Origin: an uncultured Gammaproteobacteria bacterium | GTDB taxonomy: Bacteria; Patescibacteriota; Patescibacteriia; Patescibacteriales; UBA12465 | DNA length: 43,842 nucleotides | Assembly: GCA_964437025.1 (NCBI GenBank) | Contig: CAYTEZ010000003.1 | Span: forward strand, 1-43,842 | Direction of reading: 5' to 3' | Notes under the pieces: model-generated | What the model was told of the DNA's origin: nothing | The model's database searches: none | What the model saw: the letters and a program-made list of their open reading frames with translations, nothing else | Part shown: piece after piece, positions 27,440 to 34,865 of the stretch | How the letters are laid out: each line of letters starts with the position of its first letter | Position numbering within the stretch: position 1 is the stretch's first letter | Program-made: the position numbers and the translations under genes

Positions 27440-29314
27440 ATGTCTAAAGAGACTTTAAAAAAAATATCATTTTTCTTCTTGTATGCAATTTTAGTGTTGC
27501 TTATTTTTTTATTATTAAGCTACTTTATTCTAGAAGAAAGATTTAATAATCAAATTTATCCTAATGTTTATTTTGCTGGTATTGATTTATCAGGACTTAG
27601 TCGAGATGAAGCTCAGAGTTTAATTGAAAAAAAAGTTACTCAATTTGAAGATCAGGGGGTTAAAATTAAACTAAAAAATCAGGAAATGACTTGGTATAAT
27701 TTAGCTTCGTCTTTTGACCCTGATTTAGCTTTAACTCCAATTTTATACAATATTTCAACCTCTTCTAATAAAGCTTATTTAATAGCTAGAGATGGTACTT
27801 GGTTGGAGATTTTTCATAAGATTAGAACCTTATTCTTTGACACTAAATTAACCTTAGATTTTTCTTCTGAACCAGAAGAATTAAAGAAAATGGTTCAAGA
27901 AAATTTTTCTAATTTAGAGAACCCGGCTCAAAATGCCGCTTTAATATTTAAGGAAGAATATGTTAACGGTGAAAAGAAAATAGTATTTTCTACTACTAGT
28001 GAAAATGATGGTTATGAAATAGATTATAATTTGTTTTTGTCAGATTTTTCTAATCGTCTTTCTAATTTAGATAACTCTGATATTAATTTAAAACTCATTG
28101 AAACTAAGGCTAAAATACATTTATCCGATATTTCGTCTTTTCCTAAACAAGCAGAAGAAATAGCTAATTTAGCACCCTTTGAATTAAAAAGCATAGAAAA
28201 GAAAAAAACTTTTAGTGTTAGTCGTTTAGAATTTGCTTCTTGGCTGAAAGTTTCTGATGATCTTAAATTAATTTTAGACCGAGAAAAGGTAGGAAAGTTT
28301 TTTGATGAACAGGTTGCTAATCAAATTAATCAAGAGGCCTTGCAACCTAAAATCGAATTAAATGGTGACAGGGTTTCAGTTTTTGAACCAGGCCGTGATG
28401 GTTTAATTTTAGATTACGAAGCTAGTATCTTAGCAATGGAAGAAGCTATAGCTAAAAAAGATTTAAGTAATATTTCTTTAGTAACCAAGGTGGAGGAAAT
28501 TGAAAAAATTAGTCAGACTAATGATTTAGGAATTTTTGAGCTTATAGGTACCGGTCATTCTAACTTTGCCGGTTCACCAGCTAATCGTCGGCACAATATT
28601 AAGACTGGGGCTAGTAAATTACATGGTTTAATTATAAAACCAGGGGAAGAGTTTTCGTTAGTTGGGGCTTTAGGAGAGGTAGATGGTAGTACTGGTTATT
28701 TACAAGAGTTAGTTATAAAAGATAATAAGACTATACCAGAATATGGCGGTGGCTTATGCCAAATTGCAACCACTATGTTTAGAGCAGCACTAGGTACAGG
28801 ACTTCCAATTACTGAGAGAAGAAATCATTCTTATCGAGTTTCTTATTACGAACCAGCTGGTACTGACGCCACCATTTATACTCCACGACCAGATTTAAAA
28901 TTTAGAAATGATACTGGTAATAATATTTTAATTCAAGCTCGTTTTGAAGGAGCTAATGATGTTTATTTTGATTTTTGGGGTAAGTCTGATGGCCGAACAG
29001 CCACCACCACTTATCCAGTTATATATAATATTGTGAAACCAGGACCAACTCAAATTATTGAAACCACTGATTTAAAACCGGGCGAAAAAAAATGCACCGA
29101 AAAGGCGCACGCTGGAGCTGATGCTTATTTTGACTATACCGTTATCTATAATCAAGGAAAAGAAAATGAAAATAAAGTTGAAACCAGATTTTCTTCTAAA
29201 TATGTTCCTTGGAGAGAAGTTTGTTTAGTTGGCGTTGAACCGAAAACAGAAACTGCTTCTTCAACCGCTACTTCAACTGAGAGTATTTCAACTAGTACTG
29301 ATGTGTTAAATTAA
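27440..29314 (+). CDS. VanW family protein, membrane anchored
   Basis: N-terminal TM helix and C-terminal VanW core GGGLCQIATTMFRAALGTGLPITERRNHSYRVSYYEPAGTDATIY. S/T-rich tail. Confidence 0.85.
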   Translation: MSKETLKKISFFFLYAILVLLIFLLLSYFILEERFNNQIYPNVYFAGIDLSGLSRDEAQSLIEKKVTQFEDQGVKIKLKNQEMTWYNLASSFDPDLALTPILYNISTSSNKAYLIARDGTWLEIFHKIRTLFFDTKLTLDFSSEPEELKKMVQENFSNLENPAQNAALIFKEEYVNGEKKIVFSTTSENDGYEIDYNLFLSDFSNRLSNLDNSDINLKLIETKAKIHLSDISSFPKQAEEIANLAPFELKSIEKKKTFSVSRLEFASWLKVSDDLKLILDREKVGKFFDEQVANQINQEALQPKIELNGDRVSVFEPGRDGLILDYEASILAMEEAIAKKDLSNISLVTKVEEIEKISQTNDLGIFELIGTGHSNFAGSPANRRHNIKTGASKLHGLIIKPGEEFSLVGALGEVDGSTGYLQELVIKDNKTIPEYGGGLCQIATTMFRAALGTGLPITERRNHSYRVSYYEPAGTDATIYTPRPDLKFRNDTGNNILIQARFEGANDVYFDFWGKSDGRTATTTYPVIYNIVKPGPTQIIETTDLKPGEKKCTEKAHAGADAYFDYTVIYNQGKENENKVETRFSSKYVPWREVCLVGVEPKTETASSTATSTESISTSTDVLN

Positions 29315-29327
29315 AAAAAGAGTAAAT

Positions 29328-29468
29328 AAAAAAACCGACTTAAACGGGATAGGCAAGAAAATCTCTTTTAGGAGCTTTAAAGCCTTAGCCTTAGAAACCC
29401 TGAAAGAAAATCCCATGCTTGTCGTGCCTGGCCCGTTTAAATCGGTTTTTATTTTTTCAAAAGACAAC
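29328..29468 (-). ncRNA. Candidate structured ncRNA-B (~140 nt long hairpin), family unknown
   Basis: Promoter at 29474-29502 (minus). A 17-bp closing helix (29332-29348 with 29432-29448) encloses about 83 nt, followed by a second helix AGGCA/TGCCT. A-run and T-run flank it. It could instead be an oversized bidirectional terminator. Confidence 0.4.
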
Positions 29469-29473
29469 TTAAT

Positions 29474-29502
29474 ATTCTATCACACAAACAAAAAAAAGTC
29501 AA
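29474..29502 (-). promoter_or_regulatory. Extended -10 promoter on the minus strand (drives ncRNA-B)
   Basis: Minus strand reads TTGACT (29502-29497), 17 nt ending in TGa, TAGAAT (29479-29474). Confidence 0.6.
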
Positions 29503-29530
29503 TACCTAAAGGTGACTTCTTTTTTTTGAC

Positions 29531-29557
29531 AAAAACCCCTATAAATAGGGGGTTTTC
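29531..29557. terminator. tsaD terminator hairpin (C-tract/G-tract palindrome)
   Basis: AAAAACCCCTATAAATAGGGGGTTTTC; on the minus strand the stem is followed by TTTTTG. Confidence 0.7.
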
Positions 29558-29563
29558 TTGACT

Positions 29564-30634
29564 TTATTTTAGTTCTAGGTTGGAGTCTATTTTTAGATTT
29601 TTATAATTTTTAATATTTTTTTTGTTTTTTAGCAAGTGAAAAATACCGTTTAAAGCTATCATAGTGGCGTTATCACCGGAGTATTTTAGAGGTGGAGAAA
29701 CAAATTTTATCTTCTTTAAGTTAATATCGTTTTTTATTTTTTCAATAAACGTTTTTTTAAGTTCTGAGTTAGCTGAAACGCCACCAACTAACATGATAGT
29801 TTTAACTGGATATTTTTTTATAGCTTTCAAAGTTTTTCCGACCAAAACATCAATAGTTGCCTTTTGAAAAGAATAACAATATTGTGGAATTTTATCTTTC
29901 CAATTTTTATCTTTTCTTAGTTGGTATAATAAGGCGGTTTTTAATCCAGAAAAAGAAAAATCAAAATTATTTAAATTGAGCATCGGACGAGGTAGGTCTA
30001 TTTCTTCTAGGTTATTATTCTTTTCAATATATTCCTTAGCTAATTTTCCAATTATTGGTCCACCAGGATAGCCTAAATCCATCATTTTAGCTGCTTTGTC
30101 AAAAGCTTCTCCAGCAGCATCATCCAGTGTTTTGCCAATAATTTTGTATTTCAAATGATTATCCATTATAGCTAAAATATTATGACCGCCAGAAACGGTT
30201 AAAATTAAAGCTGGAAAATTAATCTTTTTTTTGTTTTCTAAAAAAGCAGAATAGATATGACCTTCAATGTGGTTAGTGGCAATTAAAGGAATGTTGTGCG
30301 CAAAAGATAACGCTTTGGCGGTTTCGCTAGCACTTATCAAAGAGGTAATTAATCCAGGGCCAGAGGTAACAGCAATAGCTGAGAGTTGTTTTAACTCAAT
30401 ATTAGCTTGACGTAAAGCTTGATCAATTACTGGTAAAATAGTTATAACATGTTCTCTAGCAGCTATCTCTGGCACAACTCCACCATATTGTTTGTGAATA
30501 TCAACCTGAGAAGAAACAATGCTAGATAGAACTTTAAAATTAGCTTGTTTGTCAAATTGAAGAACGGCTGCGGCGCTTTCATCGCAACTGCTTTCTAAGC
30601 CTAAAATATATTGTTTTTTTTGCTTTTTGATCAT
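29564..30634 (-). CDS. tsaD: tRNA N6-adenosine threonylcarbamoyltransferase TsaD (Kae1/Gcp)
   Basis: ILGLESSCDESAAAV, HIEGHIYSAF and GGVSANSEL motifs. 356 aa. Confidence 0.93.
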   Translation of the reverse strand: MIKKQKKQYILGLESSCDESAAAVLQFDKQANFKVLSSIVSSQVDIHKQYGGVVPEIAAREHVITILPVIDQALRQANIELKQLSAIAVTSGPGLITSLISASETAKALSFAHNIPLIATNHIEGHIYSAFLENKKKINFPALILTVSGGHNILAIMDNHLKYKIIGKTLDDAAGEAFDKAAKMMDLGYPGGPIIGKLAKEYIEKNNNLEEIDLPRPMLNLNNFDFSFSGLKTALLYQLRKDKNWKDKIPQYCYSFQKATIDVLVGKTLKAIKKYPVKTIMLVGGVSANSELKKTFIEKIKNDINLKKIKFVSPPLKYSGDNATMIALNGIFHLLKNKKNIKNYKNLKIDSNLELK

Positions 30635-30677
30635 ATTTTCTATTATTATAATTTTAGTTTAGCGTATTGTTCCCTTA

Positions 30678-30706
30678 TTGACAAGTTTAGAAAATAAATA
30701 TAATAT
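30678..30706 (+). promoter_or_regulatory. tRNA-Glu promoter
   Basis: TTGACA (30678-30683), 17 nt, TAATAT (30701-30706), about 40 nt upstream of the tRNA. Confidence 0.7.
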
Positions 30707-30745
30707 ATTATTGCTTTCAAAAAAGCCTTTTTTATTTGGCTAGAA

Positions 30746-30817
30746 GGCCCCTTCGTCTAGTGGTTAGGACACCAGGTTTTCATCCTGACAACAGGGGTTC
30801 GATTCCCCTAGGGGTCA
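30746..30817 (+). tRNA. tRNA-Glu(UUC), no encoded CCA
   Basis: Acceptor GGCCCCT/AGGGGTC, D arm GTCT..GGAC, anticodon loop TTTTCAT (anticodon TTC), T arm AGGGG-TTCGATT-CCCCT. Confidence 0.9.
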
Positions 30818-30822
30818 CACTG

Positions 30823-30850
30823 CAGGTTTTCGAGCCTGTTTTTGTTTTTT
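30823..30850 (+). terminator. Intrinsic terminator after tRNA-Glu (UUCG tetraloop)
   Basis: CAGGTT-TTCG-AGCCTG followed by TTTTTGTTTTTT. Confidence 0.8.
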
Positions 30851-30901
30851 AAAATTTAATATATAATATAGTAGTATAATTAATCATTAAATAAAAACAA
30901 T

Positions 30902-31498
30902 ATGTTTGGTGAAAATTTTAAATCAATGTTGGGGATTAAAAATAATTCTCACGAAGAAGAACTACCTAAAGGGTCACAACAGAATCCTTACTCCCAAGCA
31001 GAATTCAATTCTCTAGCAAAAGAAAGAATGAGAAAAGAACAATTAGTGCATTTTGATGGTTATGTTAATGATACTACTAGTCCTAAAAATCCCAATGTTA
31101 GATATCTAAACTTTGTGGAAAAGGACAGCAATTTTTATACCGTCAATTTATCTCCTTCACAGAAAAGAACTTATACTCGTTTGAATACAATAAAAAATGA
31201 AGATAATTCTTTTTCGAATAATGTGTCCGTTCTGGTAAAGGATGGTGGCATAATGAAAAAAATGACAATTAGAATAGGGTATGAGTTACCATTGTCAATC
31301 AGAAAAGAAATAGTTGATACTGTTTATAGAAAAATAAATAGTGAAGATTTTGCTTCTAATCGAACCAAATGGAGTGAGGAAGCAAAGAAAATCAAAGAAG
31401 AAGAATGTCGCAAAGATCTTCTTTGGACAGTTGCTGGAATTGTGCGGAAAAATATTGAAGACAGTGAAGATGATTCGCTGGACATTCAAATACTATAA
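30902..31498 (+). CDS. Orphan hypothetical protein (198 aa)
   Basis: Clean ORF with coding-like composition and its own terminator. I recognise no motif. Confidence 0.6.
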   Translation: MFGENFKSMLGIKNNSHEEELPKGSQQNPYSQAEFNSLAKERMRKEQLVHFDGYVNDTTSPKNPNVRYLNFVEKDSNFYTVNLSPSQKRTYTRLNTIKNEDNSFSNNVSVLVKDGGIMKKMTIRIGYELPLSIRKEIVDTVYRKINSEDFASNRTKWSEEAKKIKEEECRKDLLWTVAGIVRKNIEDSEDDSLDIQIL

Positions 31499-31506
31499 TA
31501 AGTCTA

Positions 31507-31537
31507 AGAAGTCGTTAAATAACGGCTTCTTTTTTTA
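31507..31537 (+). terminator. Intrinsic terminator of the 198-aa gene
   Basis: AGAAGTCGTT-AAAT-AACGGCTTCT followed by TTTTTTT. Confidence 0.8.
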
Positions 31538-31540
31538 TAT

Positions 31541-31747
31541 AAAAAAATGGAGCTAGGTCGTGGTCTAGCTCCAGGTATTAATTGTGCCAATTTTTAAATC
31601 TAGAGCCGTTTTTAGATTTAAGGATATTGGCTAGATTATTGAATCCTCCTTTCGGTTAGTTTTTTCAAGGCGGCTGGAATACCACGGGCACCATTTTCTT
31701 CCTAGATAGCAGAAGTTTTATTCGGCGCGCGTACACGTAACTTATAC
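31541..31747 (-). ncRNA. Candidate ncRNA-C (~205 nt, GC-enriched) or small-peptide mRNA, family unknown
   Basis: Perfect promoter at 31752-31780 (minus). Terminator GGAGCTAG-loop-CTAGCTCC (31572-31549) plus a U-run only on the minus strand. No ORF of 60 aa or more. Internal long-range complementarity. Confidence 0.55.
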
Positions 31748-31751
31748 TTAT

Positions 31752-31780
31752 ATTATAACTCTGTTTTTTTTGATTGTCAA
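31752..31780 (-). promoter_or_regulatory. Perfect consensus sigma70 promoter with no protein gene downstream
   Basis: Minus strand reads TTGACA (31780-31775), 17 nt, TATAAT (31757-31752). Starts 3 nt after the ychF stop codon. Confidence 0.75.
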
Positions 31781-31782
31781 AA

Positions 31783-32844
31783 TTATTTTCCAATTAAAAA
31801 ATTACAGATATCACCATCACGTACAACATAATCTTTTCCTTCAGTTCTAAGTAATCCTAACTCTTTAGCTTTAACTTCTGATCCAACTTCAATAAACTTT
31901 TCCCAGTTAATAACCTCGGCTCTAATAAAGCCTTTTTCAAAATCAGTATGAATTTCTCCGGCGGCTTGTGGGGCTTTGCTGCCTTTTTTTATAGTCCAAG
32001 CTCGAGTTTCATCTTTTCCGGTAGTGAAGAAAGTTTCTAGACCTAGTAGTTTGTATGAGGAATAAATTAATTTGTCTAAACCGCTTTTATCAATGCCTAA
32101 TTCCTGTAGATATTCTTGTTGTTCTTCTTCAGGTAGTTTAGAAATTTCTTCTTCCATCTTTACATTGATTCTCACAATTTCACCATCCCAATTAAAATCA
32201 GTGCTAGCACTGGTGTCATCTGAATTTAAGGCATAAATGATTGGTTTAATTGTTAAAAGACTTAAGCTCTTAACAAAAGCTTGATCTTCGTCTTTTACAA
32301 CAAATTTTCTAGCACCTTGCCCACTTTCTAATAGTTTTAATATTTCTTCTAAAATTTCTTTTTGTTTGATAGCTTCTTTGGAATTACTCTTGGCTTCTTT
32401 GATAACTTTCTCTAATCTTTTTTCAACTGTTTTTAAATCAGCAAAAATTAATTCCATGTTAATTGTTTCTTGATCACTCTTGGGATCAACTTGACCCTCA
32501 ACGTGAATAACATTTTCATCTTTAAAATCTCGAATTACTTCGCAGATAGCATCACATTCTCTAATGTGTGATAAAAATTGGTTACCCAAACCTTCACCTT
32601 TGTGAGCGCCTTTAACTAATCCGGCAATATCGGTAAATTCAATAAAGGCCGGAATAATTTTAGCTGGTTGTGATATAGCTGCGATTTTATCTAAACGAGA
32701 ATCAGGAACTTTAACTACTCCAACATTGGGATCAATAGTACAAAAAGGGTAGTTAGCGGCCTCTACTTGTTTATTTGTTAGAACATTAAAAAGAGTTGAT
32801 TTTCCAACATTAGGTAAACCGACAATTCCAATTGATAATGACAT
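31783..32844 (-). CDS. ychF: Ribosome-binding ATPase YchF
   Basis: IGIVGLPNVGKSTLFN P-loop, NYPFCTIDPN, and C-terminal TGS-like VRDGDICNF. Confidence 0.95.
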   Translation of the reverse strand: MSLSIGIVGLPNVGKSTLFNVLTNKQVEAANYPFCTIDPNVGVVKVPDSRLDKIAAISQPAKIIPAFIEFTDIAGLVKGAHKGEGLGNQFLSHIRECDAICEVIRDFKDENVIHVEGQVDPKSDQETINMELIFADLKTVEKRLEKVIKEAKSNSKEAIKQKEILEEILKLLESGQGARKFVVKDEDQAFVKSLSLLTIKPIIYALNSDDTSASTDFNWDGEIVRINVKMEEEISKLPEEEQQEYLQELGIDKSGLDKLIYSSYKLLGLETFFTTGKDETRAWTIKKGSKAPQAAGEIHTDFEKGFIRAEVINWEKFIEVGSEVKAKELGLLRTEGKDYVVRDGDICNFLIGK

Positions 32845-32914
32845 ATATTATTATTAGTTATTTAGCTTTATTTTGTAATTCTATCCTATTTCTTTTGAAA
32901 TAGCAATATATCTC

Positions 32915-32944
32915 TTGACACCCTATGGGGGTATTTGATATAAT
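32915..32944 (+). promoter_or_regulatory. Promoter with an embedded CsoR-type operator
   Basis: TTGACA (32915-32920), 18-nt spacer, TGaTATAAT (32936-32944). The spacer holds the C-tract/G-tract inverted repeat ACACCCTATGGGGGTAT (32918-32934). Confidence 0.7.
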
Positions 32945-32983
32945 AAAAAAACAAAAGATATTATTATTAAAATACAAGCAAAT

Positions 32984-33226
32984 ATGCGCAGTACAGATCA
33001 GAGAATAAATATTATAATTGGGCAGTTAGAGGGTGTAAAAAAGATGCTTCGACAAAAAGATAGTAGTTGTTTTGATTCTGTAGTACAATTAAAAGCTATT
33101 AAGTCGAGCATTTCTTCTTTAATGGATAAAGTATTAGAAGAAGAATTTAACACTTGTTTTTTAAAGGAGTGTCCAAGTAATAGAGAGCATATTAAAAAAA
33201 TATTTTCAGAAGTTTTAAAAAAATAA
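32984..33226 (+). CDS. CsoR/RcnR/CstR-family (DUF156) transcriptional repressor
   Basis: 80 aa. RINIIIGQLEGVKKML aligns with the family motif RLKRIEGQVRGI. Cys29 and Cys58 sit at the conserved +29 spacing. Confidence 0.8.
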   Translation: MRSTDQRINIIIGQLEGVKKMLRQKDSSCFDSVVQLKAIKSSISSLMDKVLEEEFNTCFLKECPSNREHIKKIFSEVLKK

Positions 33227-33245
33227 TTTATATAATTAAAATTAA

Positions 33246-33276
33246 ATTCGTTTTAAAAATGAGTTTTTAAACGAAT
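33246..33276 (+). other. AT-rich hairpin between the regulator gene and trxA
   Basis: ATTCGTTTTAAAA-ATGAG-TTTTTAAACGAAT gives 12 bp with one mismatch. No U-tract follows. Confidence 0.4.
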
Positions 33277-33285
33277 AACAAAACT

Positions 33286-33618
33286 ATGAGTAAAGCTCTA
33301 GATTTAAACAAAGATAATTTTTCAAGCGAAGTGCTTGGTTCTGATATCCCAGTGTTAGTTGATTTTTGGGCTCCTTGGTGTATGCCTTGCAAAATGATGG
33401 CGCCTATCTTAGATGAGCTAGCTGTTGATTTAGCAGGTAAGGTAAAAATCACTAAATTAGATACAGCTGACGCTAACAATCAAGAGTTGGCTTTGCAATA
33501 TCAAATTCAAAGTATTCCTAATTTAAAATTATTTAAGGCCGGGCAAATTATAGCTGAATTTGTTGGTATGCGTTCTAAAGATTCTCTAAAGAACGATATT
33601 TTAGCTCACTTAAATTAA
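33286..33618 (+). CDS. trxA: Thioredoxin (active site WCMPC)
   Basis: VLVDFWAPWCMPCKMMAPILDE and a thioredoxin fold. 110 aa. Confidence 0.9.
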   Translation: MSKALDLNKDNFSSEVLGSDIPVLVDFWAPWCMPCKMMAPILDELAVDLAGKVKITKLDTADANNQELALQYQIQSIPNLKLFKAGQIIAEFVGMRSKDSLKNDILAHLN

Positions 33619-33628
33619 TTTTAAAATT

Positions 33629-34855
33629 ATGTCAGTTTTTGAAAACATTGTTAAACGTTTTACCGATTTAAAAGAATTGGTAAATTTGTCTGATGAAGAA
33701 TTAAAAAAAATCTTAGAGCCTAATCAGGTTTCTTATGATGAATTGGAGGTTGATGGAAAAAAGTTTCCAGCTTGGAGAATTGTTTCCAATAGAGCTTTGG
33801 GTCCAGGAAAGGGTGGTATTAGATTTCACCCCGAAGTTTCTGAAGATGAGGTTAAATCATTATCATTTTGGATGAGTTTAAAAAACTCTTTATTAGAGTT
33901 ACCTTATGGCGGGGCTAAGGGAGGAGTTAAGTTCAATCCTAAGGGACAAGATGAAAAGTTTTTAGAAAAGGTTAGTCGTGCCTATATCAATTCTTTCTAT
34001 AAAGTATTAGGAGAAAATAAAGATGTGCCGGCTCCAGATGTTTACACTAATCCTCAAGTTATGTCTTGGATGCTTGATCAGTATGAAAAAAATATTGGTG
34101 AACATCAACCAGCAATGATCACTGGCAAACCAGTTGAATTGGGAGGTATTGCTTTGCGCAGTGATTCAACAGCTAAAGGAGCTTATTTAATAATTGATGA
34201 GATTGTTAAAACTTTAGATTTGAATAAAAAGAATTTAACAGTTGCTATTCAGGGTTTTGGTAATGCTGGTCTAAATGTAGCCAAGATGCTTTATGCGGAG
34301 AACTTTAAAATTATTGCAGTTAATGATAGTCAGGGAGGAATACATAATCCTGACGGAATTGATATTAATGAATTAATTAAATTTAAAGAAGAATATGGTG
34401 TTGTTTCAGCTTATTCTAAAAATAAAGCTATTTCTAACAAAGAGTTGTTAGAAATGAAAGTTGATATTTTGATACTTAGCGCACTTGAGAATCAAATTAC
34501 TGAAGATAATGCTTTAAATATTAAAGCTAAACATATTGTTGAGATTGCCAACGGTCCAGTAAATTACAATGCTGATAAAGTTTTATTTAATAAAGGTATT
34601 ATGGTTTGGCCTGATATTTTGGTTAACTCTGGCGGAGTAGTGGTTTCTTATTTTGAATGGAGTCAAAACAAAACTGGTAATATTTTAGATGAAAACTATT
34701 TAGCAAATTTGCTTAATACTAAAATGATTAGAGCTTTTAATAATGTTTATAATCAATATTTAAGTTTGGATAAAAAAGTTGATTTGCGTAGTTCTGCTTA
34801 TATCCTAGCTTTAAATAGAATTGTTAAAGCGGAGAAACTTCGCGGTAATTTATAA
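33629..34855 (+). CDS. gdhA: Glutamate dehydrogenase (Glu/Leu/Phe/Val dehydrogenase family)
   Basis: GPGKGGIRFHP, catalytic lysine region LPYGGAKGG, and Rossmann motif IQGFGNAG. Confidence 0.9.
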   Translation: MSVFENIVKRFTDLKELVNLSDEELKKILEPNQVSYDELEVDGKKFPAWRIVSNRALGPGKGGIRFHPEVSEDEVKSLSFWMSLKNSLLELPYGGAKGGVKFNPKGQDEKFLEKVSRAYINSFYKVLGENKDVPAPDVYTNPQVMSWMLDQYEKNIGEHQPAMITGKPVELGGIALRSDSTAKGAYLIIDEIVKTLDLNKKNLTVAIQGFGNAGLNVAKMLYAENFKIIAVNDSQGGIHNPDGIDINELIKFKEEYGVVSAYSKNKAISNKELLEMKVDILILSALENQITEDNALNIKAKHIVEIANGPVNYNADKVLFNKGIMVWPDILVNSGGVVVSYFEWSQNKTGNILDENYLANLLNTKMIRAFNNVYNQYLSLDKKVDLRSSAYILALNRIVKAEKLRGNL

Positions 34856-34865
34856 TAATATTTTT

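Noticed and set aside
31295-31556. Overlapping ORFs of 64 aa (minus) and 71 aa (plus) at the 3' end of the 198-aa gene
   Set aside because: Both are low-complexity, K- or F-rich frames overlapping a better ORF and running through terminator sequence. No independent start signals.
32874-32906. Putative ychF promoter TTGCTA ... TAGAAT
   Set aside because: On recounting, the spacer is 21 nt. The 17-nt alternative gives a poor -10 (TAGATA), so the evidence is not good enough to annotate.
34821-34865. 15-codon N-terminal extension of trxB overlapping the end of gdh; likewise 620-652 for mltG and 15680-15700 for the MazG-like gene
   Set aside because: The internal ATGs place the conserved N-terminal motifs (GAGPAG Rossmann motif, TM helix, KLVRD) at their usual distance and remove the overlaps.
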